This document shows positions 30,196 to 39,674 of a stretch of 64,000 nt of DNA, piece by piece. This DNA is from a bacterium (GTDB taxonomy: Bacteria; UBA8248), in assembly GCA_965221165.1 (NCBI GenBank), contig CBDCRP010000003.1, positions 1,504,001 through 1,568,000 on the forward strand. Direction: 5' to 3'. Position 1 is the stretch's first letter. Every line of letters begins with the position of its first letter. Position numbers and translations under genes: made by a program. A model generated the notes under the pieces. It saw nothing but the letters and a program-made list of their open reading frames with translations, had not been told where the DNA came from and made no database searches.

Positions 30196-31416
30196 CTATT
30201 CCGCTCCCGCCAGTTCCTTGAACTCGTCCATCGTGAGCAGGCGATGGAGATTCAGGGATTTTTCCTTCACGTCCATCAGAAGCGCCATCTTCTCTTCTTC
30301 GGACGCCGTGATGCCCAACTGCTCGAGGAACAGGTTGATCGAATCGATGCCGCTGCCCTTGCCGATGACGGGTTCTGGCTCTTTCTGGCCGACGAGGCCG
30401 GCGCGGAAGGGCACGAGTTCGGTCGGGAAATCCTTCTCGCAGTTCTTGAGCCAGCTCACGATGATGCCGCTCTCGATGTCGTAGAGGTTGTCGCCCACGA
30501 CGCAGCGGTTCGGCGCCAGGCTGATGCGCCCGCACTCCTGCACGAGCCGTGAGACCTCGGTGAACTTTTCGGTCTTGAGGCCCATGTCGACGCCGTACAT
30601 GGTCAGCATGGCCAGGGCCAGTTCCTCATACGCCGCGTTGCCCGCGCGCTCCCCGATGCCGCTCACCGACGTCTGCGCCACCTGGCAGCCCTCGGCCATC
30701 GCCATCAGCGTGTTGGCCACGCCCATTCCGTAGTCGTCATGGAAATGGGGCTCGAAGGGCTCGTCCGGGAAGACCTCGCGCATCTTCTTGATGACGTAGG
30801 GCACGGTGTGCGGGCTCAGCACGCCGAAGGTGTCCACGATGGCGAGCGCGTCCATGTGGCCTTCGGTCGCCACCTTCTTCAGCAGGCCCAGCACCCAGTC
30901 GAGCGGGGCGCGTGAGAAGTCGATCGGGAAGAACACGGTATAGAGGCCGCACTCCTTCGCCACCTGCGTGGCCTTCACCGAGGTGTCAATGGCCTTGTCG
31001 AGTTCCCACTTATAGGCGCGCTCGATCATGTGCGTGGAGCTGGGCACTTCCATGACGACGCCCTTCACGCCCGTGTCGGCGGAGCGCTTCACGTCGTCGG
31101 CCATGCAGCGCGCAAAGCTGAACACCTCGGTGTCCGAGCCTTCCAGGCGTTTGACGATCTCGCGAATCGCCGCCTCGTCCGAGGGCGAGACCACGGGCAT
31201 GCCGGCCTCGATGCGGTGTACGCCCGTTTCGGCGAGGGCTTCGGCGATCCGGATCTTCTCATCCTTGTTGAACATGACGCCCGCTTGCTGCTCCCCGTCC
31301 CTGAGAGTCACGTCGTGAATTTTGGGATGGGGGTCGAAATTGATATTGGAGGTCACCTCGCCCTCGAAATTCCACGGGCTGGTGAACCACATATCGGTGT
31401 TCCAGGGATCGCTCAT
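30196..31416 (-). CDS. DRE-TIM metallolyase (isopropylmalate/homocitrate synthase-like)
   Basis: DVTLRDGEQ, IEAG, HFHDDYG, GIGERAGNA, ESGI; no regulatory domain. Confidence 0.85.
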   Translation of the reverse strand: MSDPWNTDMWFTSPWNFEGEVTSNINFDPHPKIHDVTLRDGEQQAGVMFNKDEKIRIAEALAETGVHRIEAGMPVVSPSDEAAIREIVKRLEGSDTEVFSFARCMADDVKRSADTGVKGVVMEVPSSTHMIERAYKWELDKAIDTSVKATQVAKECGLYTVFFPIDFSRAPLDWVLGLLKKVATEGHMDALAIVDTFGVLSPHTVPYVIKKMREVFPDEPFEPHFHDDYGMGVANTLMAMAEGCQVAQTSVSGIGERAGNAAYEELALAMLTMYGVDMGLKTEKFTEVSRLVQECGRISLAPNRCVVGDNLYDIESGIIVSWLKNCEKDFPTELVPFRAGLVGQKEPEPVIGKGSGIDSINLFLEQLGITASEEEKMALLMDVKEKSLNLHRLLTMDEFKELAGAE

Positions 31417-31534
31417 CTCATGATTCTCCTATTCGCCTTTTCGGGAGGCGATTTCCCCTGCGCATCAAAAAAAATATAAGCGGCTCCCGCCCGCGCCCCA
31501 GGCGGCGGTGGCGTGGACGGGAAACTTTCAGCCG

Positions 31535-32884
31535 CTATTCGGGCAACTCGAAGCGAGGCTCGCCGCGCGATTTCGCCGAGAAATCGAAGTACGGCGAATC
31601 CTCGATGCACTCGTCGTAGTGCGAGGAGCCGGTGAAGACGACGGGGCCGTCGGGGCCGACGAGCACGTTCTCTTCCAGACGCACCGTCTGCGGGAGTCCG
31701 GGGTGGCCTGCGAACGTCTCGATGGCGAAGTACATGTTCTCCTTGATCTCCACGGGATAATCGAGGCTGTACGCCCGGCTAATCCACATGCCCTCATAGA
31801 GATCGAGACCAATGGAGTGCGCGAACTGCTGGAGCGTCACCGTGCCGTATTTGTCATCGGCGTAGACGGGGAACTGCGAGGCCACGTCCTTGGAGGTCTT
31901 GCCCGGCACGAGCTGGCTCATGCCCGCATACATGGTGTCGTAGACCTCTCTGTAGAGCTCTTTTTCCTTCTTCGTCCAGCCGCCGCCGCACTTGAAGCAG
32001 CGCACGTAGTCCACGAAATAACCGCCCGGGCCGATGGCGTTGATGTCGACGACGACCAGGTCTCCGTCGCGGATCATCTTGTCGGTATGCCAGCGGCGGT
32101 AGGGGCTCGTGTTTCCGCCCGAGGCGACGATGATGTCGTAGACGAAATCGAAGCCCTCTTCATAGAGCAGGTTGTTGACCCAGGCGGTGAGGTCGCACTC
32201 GCGGATGCCGGGCTTGAGCCACTCGTTTCTGATCTTCCACATGCAGGTGTCGCCGATGGTGGAACTGATTTTGAGGCACTCGATTTCCTCGGGCGTCTTG
32301 ATGACGCGCGCCTCGCTCATCACCGGCCATGCGTTCACCAGGTTCACGCCCTTCTCGGTGAAGGCGCTGTAGGCCTGCATGTCCATGATGTCGATGCCGA
32401 TTCTGCCGTTCAGGGGAACGTTGTTCTCCTTGAGAACGTCGATCACCGAATCCGCCATGCGGTTCACCATCATCTGCTCGGCGGTCTCGGACCACTTCCA
32501 GGTGATGGCGGGGCGGATGTTGCCCTCGAGCCAGGGCGCGTCGATGCGCGCGCACTCATAGTCCGATCCGGCCGTCTCGAAGAGCACCGGCGTGTCCGCT
32601 CCCCGGCAGAGCACGGCGTAGCGGATGAAGATGTTGTTCTTCCAGTTGCCCTGGAAGACCGACGCGGTGTAGCGGATGTTCTCGCCCTTGTACATGATGA
32701 TGGCGTCCATGTCGTGTTTTTCCATCATCGCCTTGGCGCGGTCGAGCCTGTCGATTCGCATCTGGTTGAAATCGACGCGGCGCTGCCAATCACTGCCCGT
32801 CTGGCTATAGACACGCCGGGGGGACTGGTAATGCTCTTTCTGCAGAAAATCCATCGGCATGCCTTGCTTGCTCATTTCCACCAT
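31535..32884 (-). CDS. M24 (Xaa-Pro peptidase/creatinase fold) hydrolase
   Basis: R.IKT.EE, D...D metal ligands, HSIG, IETF, RLEE. Confidence 0.85.
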   Translation of the reverse strand: MVEMSKQGMPMDFLQKEHYQSPRRVYSQTGSDWQRRVDFNQMRIDRLDRAKAMMEKHDMDAIIMYKGENIRYTASVFQGNWKNNIFIRYAVLCRGADTPVLFETAGSDYECARIDAPWLEGNIRPAITWKWSETAEQMMVNRMADSVIDVLKENNVPLNGRIGIDIMDMQAYSAFTEKGVNLVNAWPVMSEARVIKTPEEIECLKISSTIGDTCMWKIRNEWLKPGIRECDLTAWVNNLLYEEGFDFVYDIIVASGGNTSPYRRWHTDKMIRDGDLVVVDINAIGPGGYFVDYVRCFKCGGGWTKKEKELYREVYDTMYAGMSQLVPGKTSKDVASQFPVYADDKYGTVTLQQFAHSIGLDLYEGMWISRAYSLDYPVEIKENMYFAIETFAGHPGLPQTVRLEENVLVGPDGPVVFTGSSHYDECIEDSPYFDFSAKSRGEPRFELPE

Positions 32885-33021
32885 GAAAATTCCTCCTATA
32901 TGGAAACGGGGGTGAAGCGTTCATAAAACGACATCCAAAAAACGTCGAACAATCAGACCCTCAATAAAGCGCGCCCGCCTCGTCCGGCGGTTCACGCAAG
33001 ATACCTATCGGCCCCGCCCGC

Positions 33022-33756
33022 TCAAACGCGGCTGGGCTCTCCGTTTCGGGATACGGCCAGCGCCTCCTGTAAGCGCGCGCCCTCGGCGGCCATGTGCTCG
33101 CGCATGGCGAGCGCGGCCAACTGCGGGTCGCCCGCTTCCACGGCCGCAAGCAGCTTCTCGTGCTGGCGGAGCGCCTCGTCCGGCTGACCGGGAGTGCCGA
33201 TGATCCTGCGCTGGCTCTTCTCGATAAGCCCCGCAATGGCCTCCCACACCGTCCGCAAGACGGCGTTCTCCGCCGCCTCGCACAGCGCGCGGTGCCAGGC
33301 GACGCCCGCGCGCACGAAGTCTTCCGATTTGTCGATGCGCTTTCGCATCTCCTCGGTATGGCCCCTGAGCCGTTCGAGTTGCGCCTCCGTTCTGCGCTCG
33401 GCCGTCAGCCGCGCGATTTGTTCTTCGAGCCCCTGCCGCACCTCCCAGAGTTCGAGCAGGGTGTCTTCTTTCACGTCGAGCAGAAACGCCAGACTCTCGC
33501 GCACCGTGGCGAGATAGGGGTCGAGCGAGAGGTTGCGCAGAAAGGCGCCCTGGCCGCTCCGCACCTCTATCAGGCCCGTGGTGTCGAGCGCGCGCAGGGC
33601 TTCCCGCACCGAGGGGCGGCCGATTCCGAGCGTCGCCGCGAGTTCGCGCTCAGACGGCAGCCTGTCGCCGGGCGCTAGTTTGCGCGTGCGGATGAGCTGT
33701 TGTATCTGCTTCACCACGTCTTCGTAGAGCCTCGTTGTTCGCACCGGCCTGAGCAA
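33022..33756 (-). CDS. FadR/GntR family regulator (wHTH + FCD)
   Basis: LAPGDRLPSERELA..LGIGRPSVREAL; TTG start after AGGAGG. Confidence 0.92.
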   Translation of the reverse strand: MLRPVRTTRLYEDVVKQIQQLIRTRKLAPGDRLPSERELAATLGIGRPSVREALRALDTTGLIEVRSGQGAFLRNLSLDPYLATVRESLAFLLDVKEDTLLELWEVRQGLEEQIARLTAERRTEAQLERLRGHTEEMRKRIDKSEDFVRAGVAWHRALCEAAENAVLRTVWEAIAGLIEKSQRRIIGTPGQPDEALRQHEKLLAAVEAGDPQLAALAMREHMAAEGARLQEALAVSRNGEPSRV

Positions 33757-33846
33757 GGAACCGCCTCCTAAGGACGCAAGCCATCCCGAGCGATGCACGA
33801 AAACCACACGGGGATTTATCATTGTTTTCAAAACCCGAAAACTTTC

Positions 33847-33894
33847 TGGTCGGATGGTATGACCAATACTAGTGTCGAGCCGCCCCCTTGTCAA
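33847..33894 (-). promoter_or_regulatory. Sigma70 promoter with overlapping FadR-type operator
   Basis: Minus strand TTGACA (33894-33889), 17 bp, TAGTAT (33871-33866), immediately followed by the palindrome TGGTCATACCA (33865-33855) and a half-site. Confidence 0.8.
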
Positions 33895-34007
33895 TATAAA
33901 GAAACTGATTTTTTATCCCGCATCCGCACGCGATATTCGGGAGTTTTCAGGACGTGCGCGCCACCCGGCGCATTCGTGCTCAAAAGGCCCGTGAATCCGG
34001 CTCCGCG

Positions 34008-34037
34008 TTGCCGCTCCCGTCTTTAAAAGCGTATAAT
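34008..34037 (+). promoter_or_regulatory. Sigma70-like promoter of the 34088-40766 operon
   Basis: TTGCCG-18 bp-TATAAT. Confidence 0.55.
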
Positions 34038-34087
34038 CACGGCTCATCAAGCGCGCCTCATTATTCCCGCTCATCAAAGGAAAACTC

Positions 34088-34939
34088 TTGAGACTCGACT
34101 ATGCCCTCTCGGCGCATCTATTCGCCTATGAACCGCTGCGGTTCGAGCATTTGAGTGAGGCGGCGGATACAGGTTTCGCAAAAATCGAGCTGTGGGCGAT
34201 GACGCCGAATTTGGACGCGAGCGACGAAGCCAGGCTCGAAACACTCAAAAGCTGGCTGGATGATCTCTCCCTGTCCACGCCTACGTTTCACGCTCCTTTT
34301 TATGCGGATTTGAGCGAGGCGAGAAAAGGGCGCTGGCTCTCGCTCGCCGCACCCGACCCGGATGCGCGCGCGGCGGCCCTGGAAAAAACGATGATCTCCA
34401 TGCGTGTCTTTCGCCCGCTGGGCGCGCGGGTGGCCATTATCCATCCGAGCGCGCCGGGAAGAGCGGGGGATAGGGACACCTACGAGGCGCTGGAAGCCAG
34501 CATCGCGCGGCTCCTGCCGATGGCCGAGGAGATGGACGCCGTCTTGTCGCTCGAGAACATCCCCTCCGCCCTGGGCCGTGCGGAGCCGCTCGCTGCCTTC
34601 GCCCGGCGCATCGACCATCCGAGGCTTAAAATCTGCATCGACACAGGCCACGCGCTCATCACCGAAGGGGAAAAGGCGCAAAGCGCGCTCGAGCGGCTGG
34701 CGCCTTTGTGCGTCGCGACGCACTTACACGATAACGACGGGCAAAACGATGCCCATCTTATTCCGGGAGAAGGCGGGTTCGACTGGGCACCTTTCTTCAC
34801 TACGCTCGAAGCACAAGGCTACCGGGGGCCGCTTACTCTCGAACTCAGAAAAAAAGACGAGCCCTACGCCAAGACGCTGGCCGCCTCGGCGCGCGCGGTT
34901 CAAACGCTCGCTTCTCAGAACAAACCGAGCCCCGCATGA
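34088..34939 (+). CDS. Sugar phosphate isomerase/epimerase (xylose isomerase-like TIM barrel)
   Basis: HAPF, LEN, DTGH, HLHDNDG..D.HL.PGEG, TLE. Confidence 0.88.
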   Translation: MRLDYALSAHLFAYEPLRFEHLSEAADTGFAKIELWAMTPNLDASDEARLETLKSWLDDLSLSTPTFHAPFYADLSEARKGRWLSLAAPDPDARAAALEKTMISMRVFRPLGARVAIIHPSAPGRAGDRDTYEALEASIARLLPMAEEMDAVLSLENIPSALGRAEPLAAFARRIDHPRLKICIDTGHALITEGEKAQSALERLAPLCVATHLHDNDGQNDAHLIPGEGGFDWAPFFTTLEAQGYRGPLTLELRKKDEPYAKTLAASARAVQTLASQNKPSPA

Positions 34940-35964
34940 AGGCGAACTTGATGGAGAGCGAACAAACACGCGCGCACGAGCGCCTGAAAACCCTGGCGGG
35001 CGAGCATTTCGGCGTCGGCGTCTCCTCCCTGGCGCCCCTGCCCGGTGACGCCTCGACGCGCGCATACGTGCGGCTCACCCACACGGGCGGCGCGAGCCCA
35101 AGTTCGGTCGGCATGATTCTCCCTGAGCCTTTCAGCCGGGAGACGCTCCCCTTCATCGACGTGCAAGCGCATTTTAAGGAAATCGGCGTCAAAGTGCCCC
35201 AAATTTTCGCGGTGGACGAGGAGGCGGGCGTCATCCTTTTAGAGGACTGCGGCGATGAGTCGCTCGAAGACGTATGGCGTCATGGAGGATGGGAGAGGGC
35301 GCAACCATTCTACGCCGCCGCGCTCGACATGATGGCCGCCATGCAGGAGGCCCCCTGTACGCCCGCGAACGGCAGGCTCGCCCTCACGCGCCGTTTCGAT
35401 CCAAAATTTTTCACGAACGAGCTTCACCACACGCGCAAATACGCCTTCGAGAACCTCCTGGGGGTGAATACTGACGCGGGGGAACTGGATACGTTATTCA
35501 GAAAATTGTGCGAGGAAATCTGCCGCACCCCCTTTTGTCTCACGCATCGCGACTACCACGGCAGGAACCTGATGGTCTCCGGTAACGAAGTGTTTACAAT
35601 CGATTTTCAGGACGCGCGCATGGGTCCCGTCCTCTACGATCTGGCGTCTTTGGCGTTCGACAGCTATGTCGCACTCGACGACGGAACGCGGGATTACCTC
35701 GTCGCTCGCTACTGGGAGACTTGCGGCCACCGGCATTTCTCGGATAAAGAAGAATACGAACGCGCCCTGCGCGCGGCGGCCATACAGCGAAACTTGAAGG
35801 CCATCGGCACTTTCGCCTACCAAAAGGCGGTGCGCGGGGCGGAACGCTACCTGGCGAGCATTCCGCATACCGTGAGGATGGTTCAGGGGCATTTCGAAAA
35901 GAGGAGGGATCTGGCCCGTCTCGGTGCTTCGCTCGAACGTTTTCTCGATGCGCTTCTCCCTTAA
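34936..35964 (+). CDS. amgK: Anomeric MurNAc/GlcNAc kinase (APH family)
   Basis: GDASTR.Y.R, LLEDCGD, HRDYH.RNLM, IDFQDA.MGP..YDLASL, QRNLKA.G.F. Confidence 0.8.
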   Translation: MKANLMESEQTRAHERLKTLAGEHFGVGVSSLAPLPGDASTRAYVRLTHTGGASPSSVGMILPEPFSRETLPFIDVQAHFKEIGVKVPQIFAVDEEAGVILLEDCGDESLEDVWRHGGWERAQPFYAAALDMMAAMQEAPCTPANGRLALTRRFDPKFFTNELHHTRKYAFENLLGVNTDAGELDTLFRKLCEEICRTPFCLTHRDYHGRNLMVSGNEVFTIDFQDARMGPVLYDLASLAFDSYVALDDGTRDYLVARYWETCGHRHFSDKEEYERALRAAAIQRNLKAIGTFAYQKAVRGAERYLASIPHTVRMVQGHFEKRRDLARLGASLERFLDALLP

Positions 35965-35979
35965 AGGAGTCATCCCCTT

Positions 35980-36576
35980 TTGGATTTCTTGAAAACGACA
36001 TTTCTCACGTCGGTGGAATTATGTCTCTATGATTTTCCGCATCCCGCCGAAATACCGCCGGGCGAGGCGAGAATCGAGGTGGAGCACGTCATCCTCGAAA
36101 ACACCTCGCCCAACCGCCCGCTCATATCCGACGTTCAGGGCGAGAGATTGACGAAGACGCGCTTCGATCGGGGCGAGAAGTGCTTCGCCGCGCTCGAAAA
36201 CGGCAAGGCGGTGAGCTACATCTGGGGAGCGCGCGGCGCGGTGGGCGTAGAGGAAATCGACAAGGCCGTGAAGCCCGAGGCGAAGGAAATTTATCTCTAC
36301 GACGCCTTCACCCTGGAGCCCTGGCGGGGGAAGAACCTCTATCCCTCCGTGCTCAGGCGCGCGCTGGAATACGGCGAGAAGCTGGGCCTCACGCGCTCTC
36401 TCATTTTCGTGGAGGCGAAGAACACCCCATCGAGGCGCGGCGTGGACAAGGCGGGCTTCATCCAGTTTCAGACGCTTTATTACAACCGGTTTTTCGTCTT
36501 CAGCCGCTCGAACCTCTCGGACCCCCTGGAGGGCCACCCCACGGCCACGTTCGTCGGGTTGAACGAGTTGACCTAA
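35980..36576 (+). CDS. GNAT family N-acetyltransferase
   Basis: YDAFT...WRGKNLY, N.PS..G..KAGF. Confidence 0.8.
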   Translation: MDFLKTTFLTSVELCLYDFPHPAEIPPGEARIEVEHVILENTSPNRPLISDVQGERLTKTRFDRGEKCFAALENGKAVSYIWGARGAVGVEEIDKAVKPEAKEIYLYDAFTLEPWRGKNLYPSVLRRALEYGEKLGLTRSLIFVEAKNTPSRRGVDKAGFIQFQTLYYNRFFVFSRSNLSDPLEGHPTATFVGLNELT

Positions 36577-36629
36577 GCGGGCGAAACCAACGAGCGCCCT
36601 TAGGGTGCGATGGAAGCGAAGGAACACCG

Positions 36630-37649
36630 ATGTCGCGAAGTTCATGCTCCTCGTTGCAGACAGAAGTTTTCTCATCACCAGAGGCGTTCGTCGATCTGGA
36701 GGCCGAATGGCGCGCGCTGATGGCGCGCTCCGCCCACGCGCACCCTTTCTACGACCCCGCGTGGCACGCCGCGTGGTGGAGGAACTTCGGCGCAGGCGAG
36801 TTGCACATCTACGCCATGCGCGAAGAAGGCGGCGCGCTCGCCGCCGTGGCGCCTTTCGTGCTGAGCGAGGGCGGACGGTTGCGGCTAACGGGAGGGGATG
36901 ACCTCTCCGATTATCTCGACATCGTGGCTGCCGACGGGGCGCACCTGGCAGCCTGGCGGGCGATTCTCGCAGCTCTCGATGAGGCGGAAGCACCCGGTTG
37001 GCGCGAACTCTCCCTGCGGGGGATTCCCGCGACGTCCCCCACCATCGCGGCTATCCAAGAGTTGACCGGGGGAGCCGCTTTCGTTTCGGAAGAAGAGGTC
37101 TGCCCCGTCATCGCACTGCCGGGTTCGTGGGATGAATACACCGGGATGCTCCACCCCAAAGATGAGCGCGATTTGAGGCGAAAGATACGAAAGGCCAACA
37201 TGGAGGCGGGGCTTTTATATGAGCGAACGGATTCGGCAGACGCCCTAGCCGGTGATCTGGAAGATTTCATCACCCTGCACGCGCTGAGCCAGCCGGAAAA
37301 GGCGGATTTCTGGAACGCCGACAGAAGAGCCTTTTTTGAGGACGTAACCGGCGCGATGCTCGAACTGGGCTATCTGGATTTGAGCATCATGCGGGTGGAC
37401 GATCATCCCGTCGCCGCCAATCTCTCCTTCGATTATGCGGACAGGATTTATCTCTACAACTCGGGCTTCGACCCGGTGGAACACGAACTGAGCGGCGGGC
37501 TGGTGCTCCTGGCCCACAACCTGGACGAGGCGATTCGGGCGGGGCGTTCTACTTTCGACCTCCTGAGGGGCGATGAGGCGTACAAATACCGCTTCGGCGC
37601 GCGCGATGAGCGCGTGATGCGCGTGCGGATTAAGAGGAGCGGCCGATGA
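36630..37649 (+). CDS. CelD/BcsL-like GNAT acetyltransferase
   Basis: HPFY...W..AWW, SDYLD, YNSGFDP, FDLLRGDE.YKYRFGA. Confidence 0.85.
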   Translation: MSRSSCSSLQTEVFSSPEAFVDLEAEWRALMARSAHAHPFYDPAWHAAWWRNFGAGELHIYAMREEGGALAAVAPFVLSEGGRLRLTGGDDLSDYLDIVAADGAHLAAWRAILAALDEAEAPGWRELSLRGIPATSPTIAAIQELTGGAAFVSEEEVCPVIALPGSWDEYTGMLHPKDERDLRRKIRKANMEAGLLYERTDSADALAGDLEDFITLHALSQPEKADFWNADRRAFFEDVTGAMLELGYLDLSIMRVDDHPVAANLSFDYADRIYLYNSGFDPVEHELSGGLVLLAHNLDEAIRAGRSTFDLLRGDEAYKYRFGARDERVMRVRIKRSGR

Positions 37650-38953
37650 AGGCCGAGACGACCCGTCTGGCTATAATCTCGATGCACACCGACCCGCTCG
37701 CCCCCCTGGGAGGCGACCTCACGGGCGGGATGAACGTCTACGTGCGCGAAATCGCCAAAGCGTTTGCGGCCCTGGGCGTCGAAACGGACGTCTTCACCCG
37801 CCTGGAATCGGACTTAAGCGACGCCCAGGTCCCCATTTCAGACGGCGCGCGCCTGATCCGTATTGAAGCAGGCCCCAAGGAAAAACTAGACAAAGACGCG
37901 CAATACGAGCACGTGGATGCGTTCGCTCAAGGGATTCTCGCGTTCGCAGAGGAAAACGGGGCGTCTTATGATGGCGTTTCTGCGCACTACTGGCTCTCGG
38001 GCCTCGCGGGCGAGAAGTTGGCCGAAAAGTGGGGAGTCCCCCTCGCCCTTCGCTTTCACACCCTGGCCGCGCTCAAAAACGAAGTCTTACCTTCTGACAG
38101 CAGGCGTGAGTCGAACACAAGGCTTGACGTCGAACCCAGGCTCGCGGGGGCGGCGGATGCGCTTATCACATCATCCCCCGCCGAGGCGCGCGCGGTAAGC
38201 GAAAAACTGGGCGCGGGCGCCGCCGAAGTCGTTCCCTGCGGCGTGGATCTGGAGAGGTTCAGGCCCCATCCCAAGAGCGAGGCGCGCGCGCGTCCGGGGC
38301 TTGAAGAGGACCCCGCCTATATCTTGAGCGTGGGCCGCATCGAGCGCGTCAAGGGATTGGACCGCCTGATAGAGGCCTTCGCCCTCATGCGCCGTGAACG
38401 ACCGGGGCTCGATGCGCGCCTCATGCACGTCGGGGGCGAGATAAGAGCGGGTGCCGAGAGAACAGGGGAAACCCACCGCGCTCAGGATTTCGCCTCGCCC
38501 GCACAGGGAGCGGAAGTCACGCGTCTGGAAGATCTCGCACGGGGGCTCGGCGTGGAGGAGAGCCTATTCTTTTTAGGAGCGAAGCCACAGGAGGCGCTCC
38601 CTCTTTACTATTCCGCAGCCGATTTGTTCGCGCTCCCCTCTCGCTATGAGAGCTTCGGCATGACCGCTATCGAGGCGGCCGCATGCGGATTGCCCACCCT
38701 CGCCTTCGACGTGGGCGGCGTCTCACAGGCGGTGAGGGAGGGAGTAAGCGGCCACCTCATCGCAGACGGAGAAATAACGGCCTACGCCCTAAAGATGCGC
38801 GAAATTCTGGAAACCCCTCGTGCGCGCCCACACCGCCGAGCCATCGCATGGGCGGATTCGTTCGCCTGGACGCGCATAGCGGAGGCGGAACTCGACATCT
38901 GGGCGCGCCTGCGCCATCAGGCGGCTGCGCTCTCATCTCACCACGCTTCATAA
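37646..38953 (+). CDS. MshA-like GT4 glycosyltransferase
   Basis: ISMHT.PL....GGMNVYV, HYWLSG, FHTLA..K, VGRI...KG, PSRYESFG. Confidence 0.85.
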   Translation: MKAETTRLAIISMHTDPLAPLGGDLTGGMNVYVREIAKAFAALGVETDVFTRLESDLSDAQVPISDGARLIRIEAGPKEKLDKDAQYEHVDAFAQGILAFAEENGASYDGVSAHYWLSGLAGEKLAEKWGVPLALRFHTLAALKNEVLPSDSRRESNTRLDVEPRLAGAADALITSSPAEARAVSEKLGAGAAEVVPCGVDLERFRPHPKSEARARPGLEEDPAYILSVGRIERVKGLDRLIEAFALMRRERPGLDARLMHVGGEIRAGAERTGETHRAQDFASPAQGAEVTRLEDLARGLGVEESLFFLGAKPQEALPLYYSAADLFALPSRYESFGMTAIEAAACGLPTLAFDVGGVSQAVREGVSGHLIADGEITAYALKMREILETPRARPHRRAIAWADSFAWTRIAEAELDIWARLRHQAAALSSHHAS

Positions 38954-38972
38954 ACACGGAAGGAAAAAGGCA

Positions 38973-39665
38973 TTGGATCGCACGGAATTTCAGGAAATAC
39001 TCGTCATCGTGGCCCACCCCGACGATGCGGAACTATCCGCGGGGGGGAGCATCGCCCGCTGGACGTCCGAGGGCGCCACCGTGCGCACGGTCGTCTGCAC
39101 GAACGGGGACAAGGGCACGAAAGAGGACATCAGCCCCTTCGACCTGGCCAAGATCCGCGAGGCGGAACAGTTAGAGGCCTCCCGCATACTGGGCGTCAAG
39201 GAAACGCTGTTTCTGCGCCACCGCGACGGGGAGCTCGAGGACACGCGGGCGCTCAGGAACCAGATCGCCTTCCTGATCCGGCATTTCAAGCCCGACACCA
39301 TCCTCACCCACGACCCCTGGCGCACCTACTACCAGCACCCCGACCACCAGGCCATCGGCCACGCCACGTTCAAGGCGGTGGTCTACGCGCGGGATCAACA
39401 TTTTCTGCCCGAACTCACCCACGCGGGCATCGGCGCGCACCACACGAACAACCTCTTGTACCTAAACTCGCGCGAGCCGAATTTCTTCGTGGATATCTCA
39501 AAGACATTCGACACGAAAGTCCGCGCGGTGTGCGCGCACAAGTGCCAGATCAAAAACCCGGAAGCGTTCGAAAAACGCACGCGCCAGCGGCTCGAAGACG
39601 CGGGCCGCCAGGCGGGTCTTCCGGTGGCGGAGCCTTTCGTCATCGCGCGGATGCGGGAAGGCTAA
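38973..39665 (+). CDS. PIG-L/LmbE family deacetylase (MshB/BshB-like)
   Basis: AHPDD, R..E, HPDH. Confidence 0.88.
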   Translation: MDRTEFQEILVIVAHPDDAELSAGGSIARWTSEGATVRTVVCTNGDKGTKEDISPFDLAKIREAEQLEASRILGVKETLFLRHRDGELEDTRALRNQIAFLIRHFKPDTILTHDPWRTYYQHPDHQAIGHATFKAVVYARDQHFLPELTHAGIGAHHTNNLLYLNSREPNFFVDISKTFDTKVRAVCAHKCQIKNPEAFEKRTRQRLEDAGRQAGLPVAEPFVIARMREG

Positions 39666-39674
39666 GGCGCAAGC

